NCBI GenBank assembly: GCA_963728405.1
Contig: CAVSJV010000017.1
Location: forward strand, 224,001-288,000
Direction of reading: 5' to 3'
DNA: 64,000 bases
Origin: Methanomassiliicoccaceae archaeon
Lineage (GTDB): Archaea; Thermoplasmatota; Thermoplasmata; Methanomassiliicoccales; Methanomassiliicoccaceae
Of this stretch, positions 62,720 to 64,000 are shown in pieces (within the stretch, counting starts at the first letter, position 1; every line of letters begins with the position of its first letter). The position numbers were made by a program, and so were the translations under genes. Under the pieces are notes generated by a model. It did not search any database. It had not been told where the DNA came from and saw only the letters and a program-made list of their open reading frames with translations.

Positions 62720-63568
62720 ATGAAGCGGACTGAGGACTCCACGATCCTTATAACTGGCTCCACAGACGGCATAGGGAAGCGGACCGCCCGCGACCTGGCC
62801 GCCTTCGGCGCAAGGGTGTTACTGCACGGACGCGATCCGGAAAAGGGGCTGGCCGTTCTGAGCGAGATCGAGGGCGCCACCGGCAGCGGAAAACTGGAGT
62901 ACTACAACGCCAACTTCTCTGCGCTGGATGAGGTGAGGCGCTTGGCTTCCGCGGTGGCAGAGGATCACCCCCGCCTCGATGTGCTCATCAACAACGCAGG
63001 CATAGGCACCGGAAGGAGGGGAGAGGAGAAGAGGGAGGTCAGTGCCGATGGGTATGAGCTGCGTTTCGCCGTGAACTACCTGGCGCCCTTCCTCCTGACC
63101 CGGCTCATGATACCGACGTTGCGCCGGTCAGCACCCGCGAGGATAGTGAACGTTTCCTCGCTCGGACAGAGCCCCATCAACTTCGGTGACCTCATGATGA
63201 AGGAAAGGTATGATGCCTGGGACGCCTATGGACAGAGCAAGCTTGCCATTGCCATGCTCACCTTTGATCTGGCCGAGGAGCTCAAGGATGATGGGGTCAC
63301 CGTCAACGCGGTCCACCCCGGCTCACTCCTCGACACCAAGATGGTCAGGGAGGCGTATGGTCAGGCCAGGGGTGACGTCCAGACCGGCGCAGACTCGATC
63401 ATATTCCTAGCTACCTCTCCTGATCTGGAGGGCGTTACCGGCAGATTCTTCGACCGAAGGAGAGGGGCGATGGCGAACCGCATGGCCTACGACCGCGGCG
63501 CTAGGGAAAGGCTGTTCCGCTTGAGCTGCGAGCTTACCGGGCTTAGAAGGATGCCTCCATTCCCCTGA
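62720..63568 (+). CDS. Short-chain dehydrogenase/reductase
   Basis: TGSTDGIG, NNAG, VNYL.PF, YGQSK, HPG. Confidence 0.92.
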   Translation: MKRTEDSTILITGSTDGIGKRTARDLAAFGARVLLHGRDPEKGLAVLSEIEGATGSGKLEYYNANFSALDEVRRLASAVAEDHPRLDVLINNAGIGTGRRGEEKREVSADGYELRFAVNYLAPFLLTRLMIPTLRRSAPARIVNVSSLGQSPINFGDLMMKERYDAWDAYGQSKLAIAMLTFDLAEELKDDGVTVNAVHPGSLLDTKMVREAYGQARGDVQTGADSIIFLATSPDLEGVTGRFFDRRRGAMANRMAYDRGARERLFRLSCELTGLRRMPPFP

Positions 63569-63707
63569 CGGACCGGGAACATTTTACCAAGACGAGAGAA
63601 TGGCGAGCCCGGGGCCATCTCTATTTTCCATAGCCAGATGGTATAGGAAAAAGTGTCAATAACGCCAATCCGCCCTAATGGGCGCTTCCGGACAAACCTT
63701 TCTCCAT

Positions 63708-63947
63708 TTAATATTGACGATATGACCGATGAACTGGTGTCATTCGTCGGGATTCCGCCACCATGTGGTCGAAAGGCAGGTCCGCGGACCTTCGAGCGCA
63801 CCAACCCGGCGGGTGGGTGGAACTCTCCGGGACCAGGCAGGTAGCATGATGTAGGTCGCCAAGGCGGCAGAGAACATCCATCGCCCAGGCTCGAGCCGGA
63901 CCGCCCTCCCCGGCGAGCGCCCTCTCCTGCTCACGATCAATATGCAT
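63708..63947 (-). pseudogene. Truncated aconitase X large-subunit-like fragment
   Basis: MHIDREQERALAGEGGPARAWAMDVL..LGD...A..LVP..S.H resembles the AcnX N-terminus; ends after about 80 codons. Confidence 0.5.
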
Positions 63948-64000
63948 TCAAGCCCACCACATGGCCTAGACCAGTATAGGCGTCATGGGCATCCGATAAC

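Overview
This is an archaeal, fairly GC-rich window. It most likely comes from a Methanomassiliicoccales methanogen (Thermoplasmatota), an inference from the MtaA-type methyltransferase, PurP, Nep1, RPA plus partner, Rpo6/rps2 and the overall gene style. It holds about 70 genes: amino-acid and cofactor metabolism (serA, class V aminotransferase, ltaE, aspartate aminotransferase, pdxS, purP, leuCD-like, acs, paaK, thrC), DNA repair (XPD, RPA, MPG, Fpg), transporters, surface proteins, an MCP-CheW pair and a histidine kinase. I found no rRNA, tRNA, CRISPR array or transposase. Roughly 18 frameshifts interrupt ordinary genes, most likely assembly errors. The best leads are: (1) several genes whose homology-defined start sits on a non-NTG codon behind a good Shine-Dalgarno (SD) sequence, ATT in Fpg being strongest, then ACG, ATA and ATC; (2) a Gly/Cys/Ser-rich upstream ORF (uORF) before the serine biosynthesis operon, resembling an attenuator leader peptide; (3) a multi-stem structured 5' leader on the rpa operon; (4) three convergent gene pairs sharing a double-amber CTAG; (5) a gamma-glutamyl ligase/amidohydrolase cluster.
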